From NCBI GenBank assembly GCA_964553825.1, contig CAZKLT010000004.1, positions 3,137-67,136 of the forward strand: 64,000 nucleotides of DNA, given 5' to 3'. Numbering within the stretch: the first letter of the stretch is position 1; every line of letters begins with the position of its first letter. Origin of the DNA: an uncultured Gammaproteobacteria bacterium (lineage in GTDB: Bacteria; Patescibacteriota; Microgenomatia; UBA10105; UBA927). Of this stretch, positions 56,698 to 64,000 are shown in pieces. A model generated the notes under the pieces. That model made no database searches, was not told the DNA's origin, and saw nothing but the letters and a program-made list of their open reading frames with translations. The position numbers and the translations under genes were made by a program.

Positions 56698-57908
56698 AAA
56701 CATATCTTGCTACAAGAGGAACAGGGATTTCTGTGATCTGGCTTTTGGTGGTTCTGTTCGGTGTGGGGACGGCGCTTGCGACCCGCGTGTATTATCCGGC
56801 CAAAAAGTCGCTTTCAGCCTACGCAGACGATGTGTATGAAAAATGTGCTCCGGCGCCGCATGCCCCATCCTGTTATGACGAGGAAATTCCGAGACTCATG
56901 GACCGCATATCTATGGAAGAGGCGTTCGAGGTGACCCGGTTTGTCCAGCAAAAAGACCCGCGATACCTGTACTGCCATGTACTTGGGCACAACATAAGCT
57001 ACCGTGAGGCGGATCGCGATGTATCGAAGTGGAAAGATGTGGTCGCCCGGTGTCCCACGACGTTTTGCAATAACGGGTGTCAGCACGGTGCGCTTATGCG
57101 CAGATTTAACGCGGAGAGTCTCACCGATGCGCAAATTCAACAGGTGAAGCCGGATCTGCAGGATGTTTGTGAGCCGAGAGGGAACTGGAATCCCCGCGAA
57201 GTAGAGCGCTCCATGTGCTATCACGCCTTGGGGCACCTTCATATGTTTATGACCAATGCGGATATTAATAAATCCGTGAACTTATGTCAGGATGTGGCGA
57301 CGAAACCTGATGGACGTAACTATGTGCAGACGTGCACGCAGGGCGTCCTTATGTCTGTCTATCAACCGCTTGAACCTGAGGATTTTGCGCTTGTGCGCGG
57401 ATTGACCCCGACGAAGGAAACAGTGAACGCATTTTGCGATCAGTTTACGGGTGAAGCCTGGTTTGCCTGTCATAGTGAATCATGGCCCTTGTTTCTGCAG
57501 GACATGAAAGAACCTGCCGGTCTCATGCGGTTTTGCAGTTATACGGATGAACCGTACCACAAAAAGAATTGTATAGGCACGGGCATGAGCATTCTCACTG
57601 TCTTGATGGTCGTGGAGCAGGGAGGCAGGCTTGATACACTTACGGCGTATTGCGATCAGTTGTCGGGTATCCACAAGGGGGATTGTTACGCGCATGCCGC
57701 GTTTCGGCTTGTGCAGATAGATCCTCGATATACCGCCCTGGCCAAGTCCGTGTGTGATGCCGCTTCCCAGTCCGGTGTTGGCGATGCGTGTTTCTCGTAT
57801 CTGCTTCAGCATGTCGACCAAAGCTTCGCTCCCGGACAAGAGGCAGATGCGTTTTGTTCCGCATTTGAGGAACCGTGGCAGACAAAATGCTCGACGCGGA
57901 CCTATTGA
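56694..57908 (+). CDS. Five-His Cys-rich secreted protein, paralog 14
   Basis: ATGA overlap; PSCYDEEIPRLM, CHVLGH, CPTTFCNNGCQHG and CYHALGH. Confidence 0.85.
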   Translation: MKTYLATRGTGISVIWLLVVLFGVGTALATRVYYPAKKSLSAYADDVYEKCAPAPHAPSCYDEEIPRLMDRISMEEAFEVTRFVQQKDPRYLYCHVLGHNISYREADRDVSKWKDVVARCPTTFCNNGCQHGALMRRFNAESLTDAQIQQVKPDLQDVCEPRGNWNPREVERSMCYHALGHLHMFMTNADINKSVNLCQDVATKPDGRNYVQTCTQGVLMSVYQPLEPEDFALVRGLTPTKETVNAFCDQFTGEAWFACHSESWPLFLQDMKEPAGLMRFCSYTDEPYHKKNCIGTGMSILTVLMVVEQGGRLDTLTAYCDQLSGIHKGDCYAHAAFRLVQIDPRYTALAKSVCDAASQSGVGDACFSYLLQHVDQSFAPGQEADAFCSAFEEPWQTKCSTRTY

Positions 57909-57987
57909 TATGCTAATTGATCCTTAAAAGATACTTCGATTGGTTAATCTATAGTAAAAGACTCTCTGATATAGAAATAGAAAATGA

Positions 57988-59223
57988 CTATATCAAAGTA
58001 TGGTATTTCATGTGTTTCCGATGCGCCTTTTCTATTATGGAGCATATGAATGCGATATCTTTATGCATGAGCGTAGTGGAAGAAGGAAGATAGAGTCCAT
58101 GCCGCCCCAAATGCTCAGCAACGGGGAACCGTGACGGCGCAAATTGCTTCCAGTACGCGGGTTGGAAATGAATGGGAACAAAGAAGGAGCGCGTTTCGAC
58201 TCCCTGATGCGCAAGGAGTCTGCGAAGGCGGTTGCGATCCATACCAAAACGATCCGGATCTACAAGCACGCCGTACATCCAATAGGCGTGTTGCGTCTGT
58301 GGGGCCTGGTGGGGTGTCGTGATACCGGGGATGGGGGAAAGGAGCTTGGTATAGAGCGCGGCATTTGCGCGTTTCCTAGCCAGAAGCTTGGTAAATCGTT
58401 CCGTTTGACCCAGGCCGATGGCCCCCTGGATATTGGTCATGCGGTAGCCAAAGCCGACAATCGGGTGCCAGAAGTGTCGGTCAGCCGAAAACGCATGGTT
58501 GCGCAAAAGATCAATCCGGCCTGCAAGGGCGCGATTGTTGGTTGTAACCATGCCGCCCTCGCCAGTCGTGATTACTTTGTTGGCGTAAAGGGAAAATGCC
58601 GCAACGTCGCCAATCGATCCCACGTGTTTGCCTTTGTATCTAGCGCCGTGCGCCTCGGCCGCATCCTCTATGACATGTATTCTGTGCTTGCGGGCAATCC
58701 GAAGAACGGGATCCATGTCTGCCGGTGCCCCGTATGTGTGCACGACAATCATGGCTTTTGTTTTGCGGGTGATGGCATGGGAGAGCTTCGTGGTGTTTAT
58801 ATTCCACGTGATCGGATCGCTGTCCACGAGAACCGGGGTGGCGCCGCAATAAGAGACGGCATTGACGGTCGCAATCATGGTAAACGCCGGAAGGATGATT
58901 TCGTCGCCCGGGCCGATGCCAAGGGCCACAAGCGCGATATGAAGGGCAGTTGTGCCGCTGTTGACCGCCAATGCATAGCGTGTATGTGAAACGGTTTTGG
59001 CAAATGCCCGCTCAAAGCGTTGTACAAATTCGCCGGACGATGAGAGCCACGATGAGTCAAAAGCGCTTAGGAGATACGCTTTCTCTTTTGAAGATAGGTT
59101 TGGCTCACACACCGGTATGATGCCGGAGCCTCTGAGTTCCGGCTCCGGACCGGGCAAAAAATCGGATATACGGTTCAGATCATTTTTGGGAATAAATGAA
59201 AGTGGGGGAATACCGGTCTTCAT
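57988..59223 (-). CDS. DegT-family aminotransferase (perosamine synthase-like)
   Basis: IPVCEP, NSGTTALH, EDAAEAHG, FSLYANK.ITTGEGG and G..YRMTN. Has a ~33-aa N-terminal extension. Confidence 0.95.
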   Translation of the reverse strand: MKTGIPPLSFIPKNDLNRISDFLPGPEPELRGSGIIPVCEPNLSSKEKAYLLSAFDSSWLSSSGEFVQRFERAFAKTVSHTRYALAVNSGTTALHIALVALGIGPGDEIILPAFTMIATVNAVSYCGATPVLVDSDPITWNINTTKLSHAITRKTKAMIVVHTYGAPADMDPVLRIARKHRIHVIEDAAEAHGARYKGKHVGSIGDVAAFSLYANKVITTGEGGMVTTNNRALAGRIDLLRNHAFSADRHFWHPIVGFGYRMTNIQGAIGLGQTERFTKLLARKRANAALYTKLLSPIPGITTPHQAPQTQHAYWMYGVLVDPDRFGMDRNRLRRLLAHQGVETRSFFVPIHFQPAYWKQFAPSRFPVAEHLGRHGLYLPSSTTLMHKDIAFICSIIEKAHRKHMKYHTLI

Positions 59224-59273
59224 GTCTCATTTGGGCAAACGGGTATCATACTATACTGCCGGCTCACTCTGCG

Positions 59274-59975
59274 TCAATTCCTCGATCGCCATAGGGCAAT
59301 AGCCGCGGCCGAATATGAGATGAGCATATGAACGAGACGTGACTTGCTCGTCCCCCCCAGGCGAGCGCCGTAGTACACCGGGATTTCGTCAATGTGCAGG
59401 TTGGCTTTCCGCGCGAACCATACCAGTCGCAGGTGATACTCACCATATCCGTAATAGATGCGGCCAAGTGGTAATTTCTGAAGCGCCTTTTTTCGAATTG
59501 CATAAAAACCGCTTGTACTGTCAGTAACCGGAAAACCAAGGATATATCTGATGGCTGTGTTAAACACCCGACTTGCATGGTATCGTAAGCCGCTTTGCAT
59601 TCCTCCGCCGGGGAGGAAGCGGGAAGCGACCACTATGTCTGCATGCGTGAGGTTTTCAAGGAGTGTCGGGATGACCGCAGGATCGTGATTGCCGTCAGCA
59701 TCCATCCCTATGCATATCCGGCCTGAAGCTCTTTTGAGGCCGTATAAAATAGAGCCGCCTAAATCCCGGGGTCCGGGATGAGAAAAACATTTCAACCATG
59801 GGGCTTTCCGGATCGACTGTCCGATATGGGTAAGTGTACCGTCAGGACTTTGATCGTCAACAACGATGATTTCGTGCGATATGTTCTTGCATACTTTGTG
59901 TATATTTTTTATCAATTTACTTATTGTTTGAGACTCATTGTACGTCGGGAGGATGAGAGAGAGGATTGGTGTCAT
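59274..59975 (-). CDS. GT2 polyprenol-phosphate glycosyltransferase (DPM1-like)
   Basis: LPTYNE, VDD.SPDGT, MDAD..H.P, SRF..GG and D.TSGF. Likely start 59975. Confidence 0.92.
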   Translation of the reverse strand: MTPILSLILPTYNESQTISKLIKNIHKVCKNISHEIIVVDDQSPDGTLTHIGQSIRKAPWLKCFSHPGPRDLGGSILYGLKRASGRICIGMDADGNHDPAVIPTLLENLTHADIVVASRFLPGGGMQSGLRYHASRVFNTAIRYILGFPVTDSTSGFYAIRKKALQKLPLGRIYYGYGEYHLRLVWFARKANLHIDEIPVYYGARLGGTSKSRLVHMLISYSAAAIALWRSRN

Positions 59976-60673
59976 GGTTTGTGGGCAAGGATGAGAAGAG
60001 AGGATCCCCAGGGGCGGGGAATCCACGCAGGGAGTCGTGCTTCCGCCGTTAGGAGGATGGTGAGCATTCTGTTTATACCAGGAGCTACGGGAGTGCTCCA
60101 GCCGGCGTTTCCGATGCGCCGTGAGAGGACAACCAGAGGAAAGATACTGCTAAAAATGTACATACAGCGGTCAACGGAAAATCCCGCGCCCTGTATCAGA
60201 GCAAGAAGGCGGGACTTCGTATACCGGTATTTGGCGTTCCACGCTTCATCGTGCTTGCTCCAGAGCCATGGGTGGGCGCAGTCCGTGACAAGCAGTGAGC
60301 CGCCCGGGGCAAGGACGCGGTATGCCTGTGCAAGCGCGCTGGCCTCATTGACGTTGCTGTGATACAGAACATCGCACAGGGTTACGAGATCGAATGAGCT
60401 AGGCGGGAAGAGGAGTTTGTTTGCTGAGCCGTTTTTCACGATGAGCCCCCGGGTTCGGGCAAAATTCGCTGCGACGCGATTGATTTCCATCCCCAGAACA
60501 GGGCCAAATGCGGCAAGAGCGCGGGTGGTGCCACCGGTTCCGCATCCAACATCAAGAATACGGCCGTGTATCCCCGCGTCGGACAAAGCTGCAGTAATAA
60601 AGGCGCGTTTCCCTGCGAACCAGAAGTGCGTATCCTCAAGGGTAAACATCGCACGGATGTTGGCGTCCTTCAT
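59972..60673 (-). CDS. Class I SAM-dependent methyltransferase
   Basis: ED.HFWF, ILDVGCGTG, FDLV...DVLYH and WS.HD....RY. Likely start 60673. Confidence 0.9.
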   Translation of the reverse strand: MKDANIRAMFTLEDTHFWFAGKRAFITAALSDAGIHGRILDVGCGTGGTTRALAAFGPVLGMEINRVAANFARTRGLIVKNGSANKLLFPPSSFDLVTLCDVLYHSNVNEASALAQAYRVLAPGGSLLVTDCAHPWLWSKHDEAWNAKYRYTKSRLLALIQGAGFSVDRCMYIFSSIFPLVVLSRRIGNAGWSTPVAPGINRMLTILLTAEARLPAWIPRPWGSSLLILAHKP

Positions 60674-60677
60674 GGGT

Positions 60678-61370
60678 CTATATGCAAAGAGCGGTAGTAT
60701 AGGCCGGTGTCCCATCCTTGGGCACGAAGCATGCAGAAACAACCGTAACGTCCGGTTGCGTCAGGCCTGGTTGCGGCGTTATGTCTGGAGGGAGTGGTAG
60801 CGTAATAGGTGTTCGGACAGTAACACCAAGCAAATTGCCGTTGGTGTCTGATTTCATCGCGCCGCATTCCGTGATGGTTTTTTGTTCCTGGGTTACAATC
60901 TGAGTGCAGGAGGAGACCGATCGATCTTTGAGGAAGCCTTCATCAAGTATGTCTGAAAGGAGCACTTGCGCTTTTTCTTTATTTACTTCTGATGCAAGCG
61001 GCATGTGCCAAACGCGTATATAGTTGATCGCCTCGTTATTGGATGTTAGACCAACTAATACGCTCATAAATTTCCCGTCGTGGTTCCAGTTGCCCATGAA
61101 TACATCGCCGCGAGGTCCTTCGGCTTTTTCAGAAACGCGCAGCACTAATTCTGAGGGAATGAGGCTTTTTTTCGTTGCGGTCTGCAAGAAGGAAGCGACC
61201 TGTTGTGCAAGCGGTGAGGCGAGTGATGTTTTCAGCGTAAGATCGCCATAGACAAGCGTCTGCTGCGGTGCCCCTGATTTATCCATAAATCCCGCAACGC
61301 GAGGCCATAGGATAAATCCGGCGAGAAACGCCACGATCACTGAAAGAACAACAATACCTTTAGTAAGCAT
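60678..61370 (-). CDS. Signal-anchored hypothetical protein
   Basis: 230 aa with an N-terminal TM and 4 Cys. Preceded by TTGACA-16-TACAAT. Confidence 0.7.
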   Translation of the reverse strand: MLTKGIVVLSVIVAFLAGFILWPRVAGFMDKSGAPQQTLVYGDLTLKTSLASPLAQQVASFLQTATKKSLIPSELVLRVSEKAEGPRGDVFMGNWNHDGKFMSVLVGLTSNNEAINYIRVWHMPLASEVNKEKAQVLLSDILDEGFLKDRSVSSCTQIVTQEQKTITECGAMKSDTNGNLLGVTVRTPITLPLPPDITPQPGLTQPDVTVVSACFVPKDGTPAYTTALCI

Positions 61371-61447
61371 TATGGTTATTGTAGTTATCCGAATTTTTCT
61401 GTCAAGATGATGTTGCTTTTTACTAAGTGTGTTGCCATACTGAACGT

Positions 61448-62128
61448 ATGAAACGCGACCCCTGGCGTGATGGGTTTACTTTGGCGGAAATCCTCATCGT
61501 TGTTGTTATTCTCGTGATCTTACTTATGGTGGTGCTTCTCAGTCTTCGCACGCAAGTGTTGCGAGCTCGTGACGCGCGAAGAAAAGCGGATATTAACAGG
61601 ATTCAAAAAGCGTACGAGGAGTATTTTAATGATAAACAGTGTTACCCCTATGAAACGGCACTGGAAAATTGCGGGAGTTCTGATCTGGCGCCATATTTGA
61701 GAAAAATTCCCTGCGATCCGAAAAACAATGAACCGTATCTGTATGTACCAGGGTCACCTTCGTTGTGTAGCGGGTACCGGGTGTGCGCCAAGCTTGAAGA
61801 TCTGAATGATGCCGACATCGCGCGCATCGGCTGTCATCCGACCGAGGGATGCGGCTGGTCTCCCGGGTTCAATTATTGCGTCTCAGTCGGCATGGCTGCA
61901 GCAGCGCCTGGCGCAGCGCAAGGAAGCGGTGAGGAGGAGGGTGATGAAACCGTTACGCCGACACCTTCCTTGCCGCCTGAACCAGGAGAATGGGCGTGTA
62001 CGCCGGGAGGCGCCTGCAACATTTATGTTGATCCTGTCGGCGCGGGTTGCCCGGTAACGTATGCAACGGTTTGTACGTATAACGGAGTATGGCAATGTGA
62101 TAATCCCGCTAATCGGTGTACAGACTAA
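61448..62128 (+). CDS. Type IV pilin/GspG-like prepilin with Cys-rich C-terminal extension
   Basis: G|FTLAE prepilin motif, RARDARRKAD...I..A.E.Y.ND...YP and DP. A PTP linker leads to a 5-Cys tail. Confidence 0.88.
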   Translation: MKRDPWRDGFTLAEILIVVVILVILLMVVLLSLRTQVLRARDARRKADINRIQKAYEEYFNDKQCYPYETALENCGSSDLAPYLRKIPCDPKNNEPYLYVPGSPSLCSGYRVCAKLEDLNDADIARIGCHPTEGCGWSPGFNYCVSVGMAAAAPGAAQGSGEEEGDETVTPTPSLPPEPGEWACTPGGACNIYVDPVGAGCPVTYATVCTYNGVWQCDNPANRCTD

Positions 62129-62151
62129 ACGGAATGCGGTACAGTAAAATC

Positions 62152-62694
62152 ATGAACAGAAAATCAGGATTTACCCTTATTGAGCTTCTTGTGGTCATCA
62201 TTATCTTGGGAGTCCTTATCACCGTTGCTCTCGTGAGCTTCCTTTCTTCGCAAAAGAAATCGCGTGATGTGAAGCGAAAAAATGATCTACGGCAGGTATC
62301 GATCGCACTGGAGGCCTACTACAACGATCGGGGTCGGTATCCGGCGGGCGACAGCCTGGGTCGCATTGAGGGATGTGCACCGGACGGACAGACCGCATGT
62401 GAGTGGGGCGAAGCCTTTGAAGATGAAAACGGGACCGTATACATGGTAAATTTGCCGACGGAGCCCACCAGCGAGCAGGTATATTTTTATATGGCAAATG
62501 CTGCAGGAAGTCAGTATCAGCTCTATGCGCGGCTGGAAAATACGCTCGATAGTGAAATTCCTCAAAGTGCAGACGCCAGTCGGGCGTTTGCCGATACCGC
62601 GTGTGAATCCGGAGTAGGAACGCTCTATTGCAATTACGGGGTGTCGAGTGCCAATATACAGGTGGAAGAAGGAAGGACGGTGGTCTATGAATAA
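62152..62694 (+). CDS. Type IV pilin/GspG-like prepilin
   Basis: G|FTLIELLVV, KSRD.KRK.DL....ALE.YYND.G.YP and Y.LYA.LEN. Confidence 0.92.
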   Translation: MNRKSGFTLIELLVVIIILGVLITVALVSFLSSQKKSRDVKRKNDLRQVSIALEAYYNDRGRYPAGDSLGRIEGCAPDGQTACEWGEAFEDENGTVYMVNLPTEPTSEQVYFYMANAAGSQYQLYARLENTLDSEIPQSADASRAFADTACESGVGTLYCNYGVSSANIQVEEGRTVVYE

Positions 62695-63214
62695 ACTATT
62701 CGAGCGAATGAAACATAACGACGGATTTACCCTCATTGAACTTCTTGTCGTAATAGCTATCATTGCCGTGATTGTCGCTTTTGCCGTGGCTAATTTTGTG
62801 GGAGCCCGGTCCCGCGCGAAGGATTTGAAAAAGAAAAGTGAACTGCAGCAGTTTAAGAGTGCGCTGCGGCTCTACTACAACGACTTTAATCAGTATCCGC
62901 TTCCGGCGTCAGCTGTGGACAACGACATAGAAGGGTGCGGCAACGCGACTCCGCCTGTCGCCAGCTGCGGCGCTGTTTGCGGCGGTCAGTTTGCCGCCGG
63001 TCCGACACAGTGTGATTCGGTATACATGAAACTATTGCCTGAGGCGACTGATTATGTCTGGACGTACCAACAAATGTCAGGGGGAGATGATTTTTGTCTG
63101 TGGACGACGCTTGATAATGCTTCTGATGCTGAAATTGCTCGGTCTCAAACCCGCTGTTCCGGCCTCTGCGGAGCTGCAGTTCCGCCGACAGATTACGTTT
63201 TGTGTGCCGATTAG
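62687..63214 (+). CDS. Type IV pilin/GspG-like prepilin
   Basis: G|FTLIELLVVIAII and RA.D..KKSEL....ALRLYYND...YP. Confidence 0.92.
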   Translation: MNKLFERMKHNDGFTLIELLVVIAIIAVIVAFAVANFVGARSRAKDLKKKSELQQFKSALRLYYNDFNQYPLPASAVDNDIEGCGNATPPVASCGAVCGGQFAAGPTQCDSVYMKLLPEATDYVWTYQQMSGGDDFCLWTTLDNASDAEIARSQTRCSGLCGAAVPPTDYVLCAD

Positions 63215-63408
63215 GCAGCCTCAAAAATATCATTGTTTCCGTGGTTGACGAATCTCATGAGCATGGGTAGGAGAGACACCGTAGTCTTTTGTGTGTTGGT
63301 GGCCTTAGTTGACGGGTTTGCCTCTTGTCGAAGAGAGGTTATAGGCGAATACTCCGGAGTAAACATGCCACGCTGTTCTGTGCGTCCGTTTGCATATCGG
63401 TACATCGG

Positions 63409-64000
63409 TTAGTTAACAATCCACCAGTTGAATTCGATATCCTGCAGTATAGCTGTGTCCAGCGCGACCGTGAAGCCTTCGCCCGGTATAGTATCCATGA
63501 CGTAGAGCGCCTGATTTCCCGTTGAAGAGAGGGGCGTAAGGTAGATAAGGGTGTCAGAGGAAACTCGTGTGTTAGCAATAAAGATAGCTCGATTGCCAGC
63601 AGTCAGTGTACTTCTTCCGACAGAGGCACCGAGGATTCCTGAATCTGAGGCTGAATCCGTGAATCTCAGTTCGCTTATGGTCAGGGCACCGCTTACGGTG
63701 GCTGTTTGCGCAAACAGGGTTCCGGAAATTGAGGCATCTCTTGCAGCAAGCGAGCCGGAGAAGGTAGCGTTCCCTGCCTGATCGAGCGAAGCGACCATAG
63801 TTCCAAATGAATCTTTAATCGACAGGTTGCCACGCAGGTCCAAATTTCCGTTGATCATCACATCGCCCGTGGTGGTAACGACGATTGTGCCGCCCATAAT
63901 GTCAAGAGCAGCGAGGCGATTTTTTTGAATATACAGGGTGTCTGAAACCGTCTCGAGCGTATTGTTTTGGATGTGTACGGATCCGTCTACAACCATGCCG
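63409..64000 (-). CDS. C-terminal part of a large surface/fibre protein (partial, runs off the right edge)
   Basis: Beta-helix-like G.V.I.G.L repeats, then G...L.AG...I.I.N..V...S.IY.TP...GF.V......DI.FNWWIV, a C-terminal domain common in giant Microgenomates proteins. Confidence 0.7.
   Translation of the reverse strand, partial: GMVVDGSVHIQNNTLETVSDTLYIQKNRLAALDIMGGTIVVTTTGDVMINGNLDLRGNLSIKDSFGTMVASLDQAGNATFSGSLAARDASISGTLFAQTATVSGALTISELRFTDSASDSGILGASVGRSTLTAGNRAIFIANTRVSSDTLIYLTPLSSTGNQALYVMDTIPGEGFTVALDTAILQDIEFNWWIVN

Noticed and set aside
38989-57908. Cys/His-rich proteins as multihaem c-type cytochromes
   Set aside because: I found no CxxCH motif in the 14 proteins. The motifs are CHxxxH and CxHGxGH.
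57909-57987. AT-rich gap at the end of the array as an insertion boundary or att site
   Set aside because: No direct repeat matching the left side of the island was found. It is most simply a convergent termination region.
58144-58989. 281-aa plus-strand ORF, and similar ones at 14171..14956 and 15444..16103
   Set aside because: They are antisense to clearly identified aminotransferase, acetyltransferase and oxidoreductase genes.
1-64000. Alternative genetic code (TGA=Gly), rRNA or tRNA genes, prophage
   Set aside because: Conserved genes end normally at TGA with ATGA coupling. No rRNA or tRNA pattern and no phage structural or integrase genes were recognised by eye; a tRNAscan/Infernal run would be definitive.

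Overview
This 64-kb bacterial window uses the standard genetic code, with TGA as stop. Its gene content is typical of Patescibacteria/CPR, most like Microgenomates (inferred from gene content): many multi-pass GT-C-type membrane proteins, GT2 enzymes, a 'Q..ELRSRAA' signal-anchored protein, tandem pilins and apparently leaderless genes. About 1-33.6 kb and 58-60.7 kb encode surface-glycan synthesis: 3 DegT aminotransferases, 4 NDP-sugar epimerases, acyltransferases, an ATP-grasp ligase, GT2s and about 9 GT-C/ligase-like membrane proteins. A small GIY-YIG nuclease with REP-like inverted ends sits at 1.1-1.45 kb. Three covarying structured intergenic elements lie at 8.56, 9.70 and 11.03 kb. The most unusual region is 34-58 kb, an extracellular-protein island. 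It holds four DUF7282-like proteins, two anchored LRR proteins, a degenerate SOD/CHRD-like protein and 14 paralogous signal-anchored Cys-rich proteins. Those paralogs share a five-histidine motif (HxxxH...H...CxHxxGH), and four carry a Cys-less cupredoxin domain. Inserted among them on the opposite strand is a secreted protein with six Tyr-rich octapeptide repeats directly ahead of a Hint autoprocessing domain. I propose, as inference only, that this is an undescribed extracellular metal-dependent (possibly copper) system acting on tyrosine-rich peptides. No rRNA, tRNA or CRISPR array was seen. Family names come from motif recognition, not database searches.
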